Part shown: piece by piece, positions 30,206 to 41,000 of the stretch
Layout of the letters: every line of letters starts with the position of its first letter
Numbering within the stretch: the first letter of the stretch is position 1
From: Candidatus Magasanikiibacteriota bacterium
GTDB taxonomy: Bacteria > Patescibacteriota > Patescibacteriia > Magasanikbacterales > 2-02-FULL-50-9b
Direction of reading: 5' to 3'
DNA: 64,000 bases
Assembly (NCBI GenBank): GCA_903893485.1
Contig: CAITMK010000003.1
Coordinates: 9,922-73,921 of the forward strand
The notes under the pieces: model-generated
Seen by the model: the letters and a program-made list of their open reading frames with translations, nothing else
What the model was told of the DNA's origin: nothing
Database searches by the model: none
Position numbers and translations under genes: made by a program

Positions 30206-30487
30206 ATGAGCAAAATGACAAAGTCAGCCATTGTAGATTCATTGGCAACTACCACAGGCATGAGCAAGAAAGACGTTAATGGCTTCCTTACCGCCATGGC
30301 AGAACTTGCATACAAAGAAGTAAAGAAAAACGGCGAATTCGCTGTGGTAGGTCTTGGTAAATTGGTTAAGGTACACCGCAAGGCTCGTGAAGGCCGCAAC
30401 CCAGCAACTGGCGAAACCATAAAAATTGCTGCAAAAACAGTAGTTAAGTTCCGCGTTGCAAAGGCTGCTAAGGACGCAGTACTCTAA
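30206..30487 (+). CDS. hup: DNA-binding protein HU
   Basis: GLGKL, REGRNPATGETIKI, VKFR; start at ATG 30206. Confidence 0.95.
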   Translation: MSKMTKSAIVDSLATTTGMSKKDVNGFLTAMAELAYKEVKKNGEFAVVGLGKLVKVHRKAREGRNPATGETIKIAAKTVVKFRVAKAAKDAVL

Positions 30488-30503
30488 ATCGCTCGTAGGA
30501 TTT

Positions 30504-30531
30504 AAAAACCGCCCGATTGGGCGGTTTTTTT
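30504..30531. terminator. Bidirectional intrinsic terminator
   Basis: AAAAACCGCCC-GATT-GGGCGGTTTTTT between convergent genes. Confidence 0.85.
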
Positions 30532-30532
30532 A

Positions 30533-31228
30533 TTAGCAATATTTTTTCAGAGTAAACACCAACTCTTCATTTTGCTCTGCGGGCGGTTTTTGCATTTCAC
30601 TTCCCTGCAGCCATTGCAGATAACTTTTATCTGTTGCCGCAACCTCTTCAAAAGTTTTGCCGCGATATTTTCCAAAGTTCATGTGCGTAAGGAGCGCGGG
30701 TGTGCGTGTAAGCTCCAACATTTTTTCTAAAACCGCTTCGTCGGTGGTGAGTGCAAATTTTTCTGCAACTGTTTTTTTAAGCGCGCCAAATAACGCTTCC
30801 AAAACCAAAACATCACCGAGCGCATCGTGCGCCGCACCAGCAACATCAAGGCCGAGCAAATAACGCAGGTACTGCAAATTATATTGCTCTGCAGAAATTA
30901 CATGGCGTGCAACGCGGAGTGTATCAATATGCTGGCCCGGCTCCATTCCTTCATTTTTTAAAACTTCCAAATCAAATGGTGCGTTATGCGCCACAATAAT
31001 ATTCTCTGTGATTTCTGCGGCGTGCGGTGCAGCCTCAAACTTTGGCTTATCCGCAACCATTTCGTTGGTAATATGATGCACGGCCATTGCAGAAATTGAA
31101 ATTGGTGATGGTGGTTTGTAAAATTCATTAACTATTTTGCCCGTTTGCGGATTTTTGTAGGCAAGTTGTACGAGGCGGCGTGCGGGATCCAAATCAGTTG
31201 TTTCGGTATCAAGAAAAATAATGTTCAT
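30533..31228 (-). CDS. DnaQ-like 3'-5' exonuclease (ExoX-like)
   Basis: DTETT, AHNAPFD, AHDALGD, FGKYRG..YLQW C-terminal domain. Confidence 0.88.
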   Translation of the reverse strand: MNIIFLDTETTDLDPARRLVQLAYKNPQTGKIVNEFYKPPSPISISAMAVHHITNEMVADKPKFEAAPHAAEITENIIVAHNAPFDLEVLKNEGMEPGQHIDTLRVARHVISAEQYNLQYLRYLLGLDVAGAAHDALGDVLVLEALFGALKKTVAEKFALTTDEAVLEKMLELTRTPALLTHMNFGKYRGKTFEEVAATDKSYLQWLQGSEMQKPPAEQNEELVFTLKKYC

Positions 31229-31318
31229 AGTGCACGCAGCATATCAAATCAAATAAAAAATCACCACCCCTGCCTGCGCGTCGCGCAAACAAGTTTGGTG
31301 AGTTGGCCTGCAAGCGAT

Positions 31319-31984
31319 TCACGGCGCTTTGCTCGGAATCGCGAAATCTTCCACGCGAATGATCGGCGCTTTGCCACAGTGATCGAACAAATCATAGCCG
31401 TCGATCGGCGTGCATTTACGCTCGAGCGCCTCGCGCTGCAAATTGTAGGCGCACGTTTCAAAATCCTTTTGCTTTTGCTGCGTGTGTGGACACGTAGCGC
31501 ACGCCGGATCTTGCGCCGCAAACGCTTTGACACACCACGGCTCAACATACGGCAAGACTTTGGGTGAACACTTTGCCGCAACCAACGCCGCAATATCATC
31601 CTCGGGCGTGTGGCGCGCACGCAACAATTTCTCCTGCGCGGCCACGCACTCTTCATGTTTGACGATTTTCTCGTCATGGTCCTTCCGCGCCCAGCGCACA
31701 CCAATCAGGCATGCATTCTTTTGGTCCGCGTATGCCATGGCCGCCGTTTCAGCCGCGGTCTTGCTTTGTGTGTACATGTTATTCACCGCCGGGAACAGAT
31801 GCTCGGCACTGATCGCTCGCGCGCCGCACCGACGCTGAAATTCACGCGCGATTAGATCTTGCTCTTCGCTCACCGGCGCACCAGCATACCCCTTGTCTTC
31901 CAGGTACGAAACCACGGTTGGCACGCGCATTGCACCGCAACTAAGCAGGCAGAAAACCACCAGAAACAGTTTAGCGTTCTTCAT
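31319..31984 (-). CDS. Orphan Cys-rich lipoprotein, GC-rich
   Basis: Signal peptide ending LLSC; multiple Cys; G-run SD; TTGACA-N17-TATACC at 32014-32042. Confidence 0.7.
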   Translation of the reverse strand: MKNAKLFLVVFCLLSCGAMRVPTVVSYLEDKGYAGAPVSEEQDLIAREFQRRCGARAISAEHLFPAVNNMYTQSKTAAETAAMAYADQKNACLIGVRWARKDHDEKIVKHEECVAAQEKLLRARHTPEDDIAALVAAKCSPKVLPYVEPWCVKAFAAQDPACATCPHTQQKQKDFETCAYNLQREALERKCTPIDGYDLFDHCGKAPIIRVEDFAIPSKAP

Positions 31985-32097
31985 AATCCCCCCAATTGCC
32001 TTTCGGCAAATCTGGTATACCGTAAAATTACCGCCATGTCAAGATAATTCCGTGATTTTTTGGTATTTTTTTGATAACCACGAAGTAGCCGAAGCCC

Positions 32098-32126
32098 TTG
32101 ACAAAATCGACATATTACGTTATATC
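32098..32126 (+). promoter_or_regulatory. Sigma70-like promoter of the 32198 gene
   Basis: TTGACA-N17-TATATC. Confidence 0.6.
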
Positions 32127-32197
32127 TATTACTACGCGCGGGAATTCTCCTTCGTGTTCTGTTCTTCACGGCCCGAGGGGCCAGAAAGGAGTTCGTC

Positions 32198-33883
32198 ATG
32201 CGATTGTTAATCGCGGTAGTTTCCCTCGTCGGCGCCGTGTGGTTGCCGATGGGATGTGGGAGCGATAGCAGTGCTATCACCCCCACCGATGCTGGTTCCG
32301 GAGATACCGGCAGCGACGTGGGCTTGCCCAATGCACCAACGCCGTGCGGTTCGGCCGCGGAGTGTCAGTACGAAGGAATGCAGAAAGAATGCCGCAAGGC
32401 TACCTGCGACCTCACGGCTGGTCACTGCGTGGTGAATCAAGCGGACGACGGCGACCAATGCATGGCCGGCAATGCCTGCTACGACAAAGGGACCTGCACC
32501 GCGGGCCAATGCGTCGTCGGGAAGGCCGTGCTGTGCGATGACGGAATCGCGTGCACCATCGACAGCTGCGACATCACGACCGGTTGCCTGCACAAGCCCC
32601 TCCAAGAGGGCGCGGACTGCGACGACGGCAACGTGTGTACGGTTGGCGATCAATGCACTAAGTTCGGCCTTTGCGCGGGCACCAAGCAAACCTGCGACGA
32701 CGGCGAGATCTGCACCAACGACTCGTGCAACCCGGTCAGCGGCGCGTGCGAAAACACGCCAACCAATGGCCCATGTGACGATGGCAAGGTCTGCACCAAC
32801 GACTCGTGTGTTGGTGGCAAATGCCTCGGCGTCGAAATCAAATGCGACGACGGCAACTTCTGCACCATCGACAAATGCGTCGAAGCCTTTGGCGGCTGTG
32901 TCGGCACCAACTCTTCCGGCGGACCGTGCAATGACGGCGACGGATGCACGGTGGGCGACACGTGCGACAGCGGTATCTGCAAATCGGGTACACCCCAAGT
33001 TTGTAACGACGGCAACGTCTGCACAGCGGAAAAGTGTTCATCGCCGAGCGGCACCTGTGTGTTCACCAAGTCCACCGAGACCCAGTGCAACGACGGTAAT
33101 CTATGCACGGAAAATGACCTGTGCGACACCGTGGCGCCGTGGGTGTGCAAAGGCGGCAAGCCGCTCGTGTGTGACGACGGTAACGTCTGCACCTCCGACA
33201 GCTGCACGGGCAATGGCGGCTGCGCATTTACGCCGAACAACGGCACGTGCGACGACAACAACTCGTGCACGGTGGGCGACACGTGCGTGGCCAAAGAGTG
33301 CCAGCCGAGCAACTTGCAGAAGTGCGACGACAACAACCCGTGCACCACGGACTCGTGTTCGCCAATCACGGGCTGCATCTTCGACGCCAATTCCATCAGC
33401 TGCACGGATGGCAACAGCTGCACGCTGGATGACAAGTGCGCGAACAAATCGTGCGTGGGCGTGGGTGTGGTCTGCAACGACAACAACCCGTGCACCACGG
33501 ACTGGTGTTCGCCGGACCTGGGTTGCCAGGCCGACAAGCTGTCCGTCAACGCAACGTGCAACGATGGCAACGGCTGCACGGGCCCGGACCTGTGCGATGG
33601 CGCTGGCAAATGCAGCGGCAAGACAATTTCGAATTGCGACGACGGCAATTCGTGCACGGACGACTCGTGCAATCCGACCAATGGTTCGTGCGTGAACAAA
33701 GCCAAGCTTGACGGCTCGGCCTGCACGGACAACAACGCGTGCAGCTCCGGCGACGCGTGCAAAGGTGGCATTTGTGCAGCCGTTGCCGTGGACTTGTGCA
33801 ACGACAACGTGACCTGCACCGTGGACATTTGCAATCCGGCCAACGGCGCGTGCTCCCACACGCTCGACCCGAACTGCAAGTAA
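32198..33883 (+). CDS. Cys-rich repeat lipoprotein (CxDGNxCTxDxC, Dictyostelium CTDC/myxobacterial-type repeats)
   Basis: Lipobox PMGC, acidic linker, ~17 repeats, AAGGAG SD. Confidence 0.88.
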   Translation: MRLLIAVVSLVGAVWLPMGCGSDSSAITPTDAGSGDTGSDVGLPNAPTPCGSAAECQYEGMQKECRKATCDLTAGHCVVNQADDGDQCMAGNACYDKGTCTAGQCVVGKAVLCDDGIACTIDSCDITTGCLHKPLQEGADCDDGNVCTVGDQCTKFGLCAGTKQTCDDGEICTNDSCNPVSGACENTPTNGPCDDGKVCTNDSCVGGKCLGVEIKCDDGNFCTIDKCVEAFGGCVGTNSSGGPCNDGDGCTVGDTCDSGICKSGTPQVCNDGNVCTAEKCSSPSGTCVFTKSTETQCNDGNLCTENDLCDTVAPWVCKGGKPLVCDDGNVCTSDSCTGNGGCAFTPNNGTCDDNNSCTVGDTCVAKECQPSNLQKCDDNNPCTTDSCSPITGCIFDANSISCTDGNSCTLDDKCANKSCVGVGVVCNDNNPCTTDWCSPDLGCQADKLSVNATCNDGNGCTGPDLCDGAGKCSGKTISNCDDGNSCTDDSCNPTNGSCVNKAKLDGSACTDNNACSSGDACKGGICAAVAVDLCNDNVTCTVDICNPANGACSHTLDPNCK

Positions 33884-33951
33884 CCAAATTCTTCCTACCG
33901 GAAGTCCTCCCCCTACCGCATTCGTATCGCGGTTCGGGGAGTTTTTTTATA

Positions 33952-33980
33952 TTGACAAAACCAGACATTATTGCTAGAGT
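33952..33980 (+). promoter_or_regulatory. Sigma70-like promoter of the 34026 gene
   Basis: TTGACA-N17-TAGAGT. Confidence 0.6.
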
Positions 33981-34025
33981 GATTTATCACGCGAATCCAC
34001 GCGTGAATTACCCCTGGGGGGATCC

Positions 34026-35264
34026 ATGAAGTTCCTTGTTCCGGCTATCTTTGCCCTCCTTTTAGTGGGGGCAACGGGCTGCGGAGATACCGCCGCCCCA
34101 CACGCCGATGACGCGTCAGCTGACGCGAGCGGCGATGCAAACAAAGACGCCACGCTCGGCGATGCCTCGGACTTTGCTCCGGACACGCCAAACGCAAGCG
34201 ACAGCGTCGACATCGCAAATCAAGTCACGCCAGGCGCCAAGAACTGGCCTTGCAGTGTGAACAGTGATTGCGACTCCGGCTACTGCGCGGAATCGCAGAA
34301 CGGCAAGCTGTGCGCGGAGGCGTGCGTTGGAGACTGCTCGTTCGGGTTTGCTTGTCAGACCGTTTCCAATGTCAGCGGCGACATCACGCAGTTCTGCGTC
34401 TCCAAGTTCACGTTCCTGTGCAATCCGTGCGAACACAACACGGAGTGCAACAGCAACTCGAGCTCAAGCAACCGCTGCTTGGACAAAGGCCCTGAAGGAA
34501 TGTTCTGCGGCGTCTCATGCGAAAGCACCAAAGACTGCCCCGCGGGATACGCTTGCAACCAGTTCTCGGATGATACCGGGACGTTCCTGCAGTGCGTACC
34601 CAAGGGTGGCCAAACGTGCGAATGCAATCCGCGCGCCATGGAACTGAAGCCGCAGACCACGTGCTACGAGGCGGCGTCGCCAAGCACGTGCAAAGGCACG
34701 CGTCAGTGTGAAGCCGCGGGCCTTTCGGCCTGCGACATCAAAAAGTCGCCGGAGATCTGCGACGATAAGGACAACGATTGCAACGGTCTGACCGATGAAG
34801 GGCTCTGCGACGATGGCAATCCCTGCACCGCTGACAGCTGCAACTCGGACGGCTCCTGCAAACACGATCAGCTGCAGGGCACGCCCTGTGATGACGGCAG
34901 CGTTTGCACGACCAGCGACAAGTGCGCGGCAGGTTTCTGCGTTTCGGGCGCCACGCTGCTCTGCGACGACAACAATCTGTGCACGGACAACCTGTGTGAC
35001 CCGGTAAATGCTTGCATGTACCCGGCGAACAAAGCTCCGTGCAACGATGGCAATCAGTGCACCTTGGTGGACATGTGCAGCGAAAAAAAGTGCCTGGGAT
35101 CTGTGCCGCCGAATTGCGACGACAAGAATCCGTGTACCACCGACTTCTGCGATCCGACGCTCGGCTGCGTCCATCAGGCTGATACCAAAGTGGACGGTTC
35201 GCCCTGCGCTTCTGCCCCCGGCAGCATCGGCCAGTGCGTGAATGGCAAGTGTGCCCAAACCTAG
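34026..35264 (+). CDS. Cys-rich lipoprotein with a MopE-like metal-binding motif and CxDGNxCT repeats
   Basis: Lipobox ATGC; PEICDDKDNDCNGLTDEG; 5 CxDxxxCT repeats. Confidence 0.88.
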   Translation: MKFLVPAIFALLLVGATGCGDTAAPHADDASADASGDANKDATLGDASDFAPDTPNASDSVDIANQVTPGAKNWPCSVNSDCDSGYCAESQNGKLCAEACVGDCSFGFACQTVSNVSGDITQFCVSKFTFLCNPCEHNTECNSNSSSSNRCLDKGPEGMFCGVSCESTKDCPAGYACNQFSDDTGTFLQCVPKGGQTCECNPRAMELKPQTTCYEAASPSTCKGTRQCEAAGLSACDIKKSPEICDDKDNDCNGLTDEGLCDDGNPCTADSCNSDGSCKHDQLQGTPCDDGSVCTTSDKCAAGFCVSGATLLCDDNNLCTDNLCDPVNACMYPANKAPCNDGNQCTLVDMCSEKKCLGSVPPNCDDKNPCTTDFCDPTLGCVHQADTKVDGSPCASAPGSIGQCVNGKCAQT

Positions 35265-35337
35265 ATTCCGGTCTGCTGAACACAGCGCCGGATCACCGCG
35301 GGGTCAGCCGCGTTTAACCAACAGTAATAGGTGTCCC

Positions 35338-35367
35338 GGGAGCTCTGACCAGCTCCCTATTTTTTTT
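35338..35367 (+). terminator. Intrinsic terminator
   Basis: GGGAGCT-CTGACC-AGCTCCC followed by a T-run. Confidence 0.75.
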
Positions 35368-35395
35368 AAAAATCCTGTGTTACACTAGTCGCACT

Positions 35396-36319
35396 ATGGA
35401 ACAGGCAACACAAAAACCACACGTTTTAATCATTGGCGCCGCTGGCCGCATCGGTCGTGCCATGGCGCACATTTTTTCACAGGCAAATGTAACTGATTTT
35501 GATTTGTGCGATAGTGATACGGCCAATTGCCCTGTTCAGCGTCCACTCGCCGAAAGCGCTCCCGAAGCTGACATTATCATCATGTGCGTTTATTCATGGG
35601 TAACCCGCGAGATACTTGAGCAAATTGCACCGCTTGTGAAAAAATCTGCTGTGATTGTATCAATGGCAAAAGGCATTGAAAAAGATTCCAACAAAACAAT
35701 GGATGTGGTTTTGGACGAAACAATCGGCGATCGCGCATCGTGGTGTGTAATGAGCGGACCAATGCTTGCGGAAGAAATTTTAGCAAACGGTGGAAGTGCG
35801 GGTGTTATCGCATCAAATTCAACGCGTGCGTTTGAAATTTTATCTGCATGGATGCTCCCACAAGATGTTATTTTATCCGCAAGTTCTGATGTGCGCGGCG
35901 TTGCACTTTCTGGTGTTTTAAAAAATGTGTATGTACTAACACTTGGCATTGCCGACGGATTAGAATGGAGTGCAAATCGCAGAGGTTGGCTACTTTCGCG
36001 CGCGGCGCATGAAATGCATTTGGTTATGGAAAAATTAGGTGGCGAACAAGAAACCACTGAAGGGCCCGCTGTTTTGGGCGATTTAGTTGCGTGCGCCTTT
36101 TCTCCGCTTTCGCGCAACCGTGCCACGGGTGACACGTTAGTCAAAACAGGTGAATTAAATCCAAAAAGCGAAGGCGCAAATTCACTTAATTCGCTTTTGA
36201 TTTTGCTTGGCGACGCAGCAAAACAATTTCCATTACTACAAGCAATCAAAGCTGTGGCACTTGATCATAAGTCAGCCCACGAAATTTTTGATCAAATGAT
36301 TAGCCGTCACGAAGTATGA
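35396..36319 (+). CDS. gpsA: NAD(P)H-dependent glycerol-3-phosphate dehydrogenase
   Basis: AKGIE, SGPMLAEE, GVLKNVY, GDLVAC..SRNR. Confidence 0.85.
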   Translation: MEQATQKPHVLIIGAAGRIGRAMAHIFSQANVTDFDLCDSDTANCPVQRPLAESAPEADIIIMCVYSWVTREILEQIAPLVKKSAVIVSMAKGIEKDSNKTMDVVLDETIGDRASWCVMSGPMLAEEILANGGSAGVIASNSTRAFEILSAWMLPQDVILSASSDVRGVALSGVLKNVYVLTLGIADGLEWSANRRGWLLSRAAHEMHLVMEKLGGEQETTEGPAVLGDLVACAFSPLSRNRATGDTLVKTGELNPKSEGANSLNSLLILLGDAAKQFPLLQAIKAVALDHKSAHEIFDQMISRHEV

Positions 36320-37344
36320 GAATTTTAGCCATCGAAACTTCGTGCGATGACACCTCCGCGGCTTTAGTTGTGGCGCGTGGCCAAAATACCAAAGTGCTTG
36401 GACAAGTTACCGCATCGCAAATTCCAATTCACCGTCGCTTTGGCGGCGTGGTGCCAGAAGTTGCCGCGCGTGCACATGCCGAAAGCATTGTTCCAACGAT
36501 CCAAGAATTATTTGCGCAGTGTGGATATGATGCCGCAAAGTCCATGAAAAAACCGCCCATCGACGCAATTGCTGTAACATGTGGCCCTGGTTTGGTAACC
36601 AGCTTATGGGTTGGCGTGATTGCCGCAAAATTATTAGCCGCTGAATGGGGCGTGCCGGTATACGGCGTTAACCACATGATCGGACATTTGTTTTCCGCAA
36701 CCGTTGAACATGGTGCGCCCGAATTTCCCGCGCTTGGATTAATTGTGTCTGGCGGCCACACTGAATTAGTGTGGTGCAAATCCGCACGACACTTAAAAAA
36801 AATCGGTGCCACCCGCGATGATGCGGCGGGCGAAGCATTTGATAAATTTGGAAAGTTGTTGGGATTATCATATCCGGCCGGCCCTGAAATTGCAGATCTC
36901 GCAAAACGTGGAAAGAAAAATTCAGTGCCATTTCCCCGCCCCATGCTCACAGACCCCTCGTACGATTTTAGTTTTGCGGGATTAAAAACCGCGGGCCGCA
37001 CCTGGATTTTGGCGCAAGAAAAAATTACACCAACGATGCGCGCTAATGCGTGCGCTTCATACGAAGCCGCAATCGTAGAAGTGTTGGTTGCAAAAACAAT
37101 GCGCGCAGTAAAAGAATTTAAACCAAAAACAATTTTACTTGGTGGCGGTGTTGCGGCTAACGAATTACTGCGTGCAGAATTAACCCGTGCACTTGCGGGC
37201 GAAAAAATTACACTGCTTTTGCCTGAAAAAAAATACACCACCGACAACGCAGCCATGATTGCGGTGGCAGCGATGCGCACTGGAAATTTATTCAAACAGC
37301 CGTGGCGTAAACTTGCGGCTAATCCTTCATTCGAGATACAATAA
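36316..37344 (+). CDS. tsaD: tRNA t6A threonylcarbamoyltransferase
   Basis: IETSCDDT, GGVVPEVAARAH, HMIGH, VSGGHT, DDAAGEAFDK, TDNAAMI. Confidence 0.97.
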   Translation: MRILAIETSCDDTSAALVVARGQNTKVLGQVTASQIPIHRRFGGVVPEVAARAHAESIVPTIQELFAQCGYDAAKSMKKPPIDAIAVTCGPGLVTSLWVGVIAAKLLAAEWGVPVYGVNHMIGHLFSATVEHGAPEFPALGLIVSGGHTELVWCKSARHLKKIGATRDDAAGEAFDKFGKLLGLSYPAGPEIADLAKRGKKNSVPFPRPMLTDPSYDFSFAGLKTAGRTWILAQEKITPTMRANACASYEAAIVEVLVAKTMRAVKEFKPKTILLGGGVAANELLRAELTRALAGEKITLLLPEKKYTTDNAAMIAVAAMRTGNLFKQPWRKLAANPSFEIQ

Positions 37345-37349
37345 TATAT

Positions 37350-38099
37350 ATGCAATCACTTCCAAGTTTCATTTCTCTCTTAGAAAGCACATGGGCAGAA
37401 TATCAAAACCGCTCCAAAAGTTTGTCCAAATTTATTTTGTGGATTATCCCAATTTTTGCAGTCTGTTTTTTTGGATTTGCAACTTTTTTTGGCTCATTTG
37501 CACTTGGGATGCTTCAGCAGTCCAAAGCGATAATTTGGGCAGGGATTGCAATCGGTGCAGTAATTACCCTAATCGGATTACTGTTTGCCCTATGGTTTAC
37601 GTTTGCCTTTAAAGCAATCGTTATCAAACCTGAAACGCCAGCTAAAGGGGTGTGGCGCGCAACTGCCCCACGACTTCTTGGATACCTTGGCCTGGTAATT
37701 TTAACTAATCTTATTTTGCTTGGTGGTTTTATTTTATTTGTTATCCCGGCGATTCTGTTTCATGTGTGGTTTGTTTTTGCACCACAATATTTTGTACTTG
37801 GCAGTGGTATTACCGAATCACTTAAAAAAAGTAAGGCGCTGTGCGAAAACCGTTGGTGGAATGTAGCGCTTATGCTCATGGGATCGTACATCTGCGTTGC
37901 AGTACCGCTCAACATTGCGCAGTATGTTGTAAAATATATTCCTCATTTTGCAGGAATCGGTTCGTTCCTCGTCAATATCGTTTCAATTTTTGTTGGCATG
38001 CCCGTGCTTCTTATTTTCATCAGAAAATTACGCGAATCAGTTGAAGAAGCAAACGTGTCAACCAATGCGAACACTACCATCCCCGAACAGATCGGTTAG
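37350..38099 (+). CDS. Multi-pass membrane protein
   Basis: About 6 TM segments, ESLKKSKAL..RWW motif; overlaps the dnaE 3' end by 42 bp. Confidence 0.75.
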   Translation: MQSLPSFISLLESTWAEYQNRSKSLSKFILWIIPIFAVCFFGFATFFGSFALGMLQQSKAIIWAGIAIGAVITLIGLLFALWFTFAFKAIVIKPETPAKGVWRATAPRLLGYLGLVILTNLILLGGFILFVIPAILFHVWFVFAPQYFVLGSGITESLKKSKALCENRWWNVALMLMGSYICVAVPLNIAQYVVKYIPHFAGIGSFLVNIVSIFVGMPVLLIFIRKLRESVEEANVSTNANTTIPEQIG

Positions 38100-41000
38100 T
38101 TCTTTGACAAGCGCGTCGGTTGCCCCAACGGCGCGCTCAGTTTCGATGAGATGTCGGCGGCCATTACTTTGCAGCGATACAAATACTCTGGTTGATCCAG
38201 GGTATTTTTGTAATATCGCGGGCATTGCGGCGATTTGATCTGGCGATGCTTCTGGCGGCACGGTAATTAAAATTTGATCTGGCGCGGCGACCGATGCGAT
38301 TTGCGCCGTGGCTGATACTGCCGCGGCCGGCGCTGATGCACGTGGGGTATGCGGTGCACTTGATCCGTCAGTTTGTTTTTTTTGCCCGCCAAATTTATCC
38401 ATGAATGCACTGCGACTTTTTTGTTTTGCTAATGATTCTTGAATTTGTTTTTTTATTTCTTCAATCGTTTCTAATTCAAGTGGCCCCGCGTTTTCGATAA
38501 AAACTTTATTGTCGCCCGACTCTTTTGATTTGCGCCCCGTTGCCCAAATGCACGTACCTGAAACCCAAACGCTTTCTGTTTTTGCAAATGTTTTTGGAAA
38601 CACCATAATTTCGGTGCCACCACTTAAGTCTTCCATTTTTACATTCATCATTGCCTCACGATTTTTAGTCCACTTTTTCTTGGCTTCGGTAATGAGACCT
38701 GCGATAATCACGTGACCACCGGCTGGCTCGGCATCGATGTGCGCAATTTCCATGCACACGCCGCGCATTGGCTCTGCAAAATTTTCGAATGGATGTGCGG
38801 TAATATATAACCCAATCAAATCTTTTTCCCACTGCAAACGCTGCGGCAGTGGAACTTCCTCGGCGGGTACTAATTGCAACGTGGCACCACCAAGCGCGCC
38901 AAATAATGACCCCTGATTACTATCTTTTGACGCAATAATTTCGCGCGAAAAAGATTGCATACGTTCGACGTTTGCCAAAAGCACACCGCGCTCGCCCCAC
39001 ATGTCGAGTGCGCCACATTTAATTAAACTTTCCAACGATTTTTTATTTAAATCCTTATCTTGCACGCGCTCCAAAAAATTACTGAGCGACGTAAATGGAC
39101 CACCCGCATTTCGCGTTGCAATAATAACTTCCGTAATATGCGCACCGACATTTTTTACCGCTGACAAGCCAAAGCGAATAATTTCAGTACCTGCATCATT
39201 TTTTTGCACCGAAAATTTTTCAAAACTTTCGTTTACATTTGGTGGCAGCACTTCAATTCCCATGCGCGTTGTTTCGTGCACGATGTCGGTAAGCTTATCA
39301 AGGTCATCGCTTTCAGCTGAAAGCACCGCGCACATATACACCGCCGGATAATTCGCCTTAAGGTACGCCGTTTGATATGCAACCACCGCATAACTTGCCG
39401 CATGCGCGCGACCAAAACCATACGCTGCAAACGGTTCAATAAGATGCCACAAAATTTCAACTTTATCTTCAGTCATGCCGCCATCGATTGCACCCTTAAA
39501 AAACTTTTCTTTCTGACGTGCCATTTCTTCTGGGATTTTTTTACCCATTGCTTTACGAAATTTATCTACTTCTTCCCAGTTGTATCCGGCGATCGTAATT
39601 GCGGTTAATAAAACGTCATCTTGATACGTTAAAATACCAAACGACTGATCCAAAATTGGTTTGAGGCGATCATCCAAATACGTAACCAGCGCGGGATTAT
39701 GTTTGCGTTTAATGTATTCCGGAATCGATTCCATCGGGCCCGGACGAAAAAGTGCCACCATCGCCATGATATCAAAAATAGTTGTTGGCTTGAGTTCTTT
39801 TAGGTAGCGCGTCATGCCGCCGCCAGACAATTGAAATACGCCGCCCGTTTCACCACGCGCTAACATTTCGTAAGTTTTTTTATCGTCCCACGGAATTTTT
39901 TGCAGATCAATTTTCACGCCGTAATGTTTTTCGATCAACACAATTGCGTTTCCCAAAATTGATAAGTTACGAATACCCAAGAAATCCATTTTAAGCACGC
40001 CCGCTTTTTCAACGGCATGCATTTCGTATTGCGTGGTTAAATGCGTGCCGCCGACTTCAAGCTGCACGGGCGTAAATTCGGTGAGTGGCTCCGGAGAAAT
40101 CACCACGCCCGCCGCATGAATTGATGTGTGGCGCGCGTTGCCTTCAATTTTTTGTGCAATGTCGAGCAAGCGATGCACCTCATCTTGTTCATCGTACGCT
40201 TTTTTCAATTCAGTTGATTCGGTTAGTGCACGCGCAATGGTCATTGGCATGCCTTGCGCACCAAACGGAATTGATTTTGAAACGCGATCACAAAAACCAT
40301 ACGAGTAGCCCAGCGCGCGACCCGCATCGCGCACACTGGCGCGCGCGGCCATGGTTCCAAAAGTTACAATTTGCGCCACACGATCACGACCATATTTTTC
40401 GGTCACATACGCGATCACTTCTTCACGGCGGTCATCGGCAAAATCGCCGTCCACATCAGGTGGCGATGGACGAAATGGATTCAAAAAACGTTCGAACGGT
40501 AATTTAAAATAAAGAGGATTCACCGAAACAATACCAATAGAATATGAAACCAGTGAACCCGCAGCGGATCCACGAGTCGTGGTTACAATACCGTGATCGC
40601 GTGCCCATTGAATATAATCTGCAACAGCCAAAAAGTACGGTGCATAACCTTTTGTTTGAATAATTCCTAATTCGTATTCCAAACGTTCCGTAATTTCAGG
40701 TGTAATTTCGGGAAGTAGTTTTGCGATACCGCGCATCGTGTCGGCGCGCAAAATATCATCGTATGTTTCATCGGGCTTTTTTTCAACCAATGGAAAGTGC
40801 CATTGATTAAGTGGAATTTCCACGTTGATGCGCTCTGCGATTTTAACCGTATTCGCCAGCGCTTCTGGCACATGGCGCCAGCGGGATTCGATTTGTTCTG
40901 GCGTGCTAAGCGAGCGATCAATATCAACCAGTGATTCACCACGATGATCGTGAACTGTTTTTCCGAGTCCAATACATTCAGTAATTTCACACGCTTCAGC

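Noticed and set aside
32500-33880. Recurring TGCGACGACGGCAAC-like DNA units as a CRISPR array or DGR
   Set aside because: Degenerate in-frame protein repeats; no constant repeat-spacer pattern, cas gene or reverse transcriptase
32207-35283. Long alternative-frame and antisense ORFs (407, 409, 263, 252, 247 aa) over the Cys-rich genes
   Set aside because: Shadows of GC-rich repetitive coding sequence; the lipoprotein frames have the SD, lipobox and coherent repeats
38270-38430. Ala/Pro-rich stretch near the dnaE C-terminus as another palindromic insertion or an intein
   Set aside because: No clear terminal inverted repeat or intein motifs; looks like a low-complexity linker
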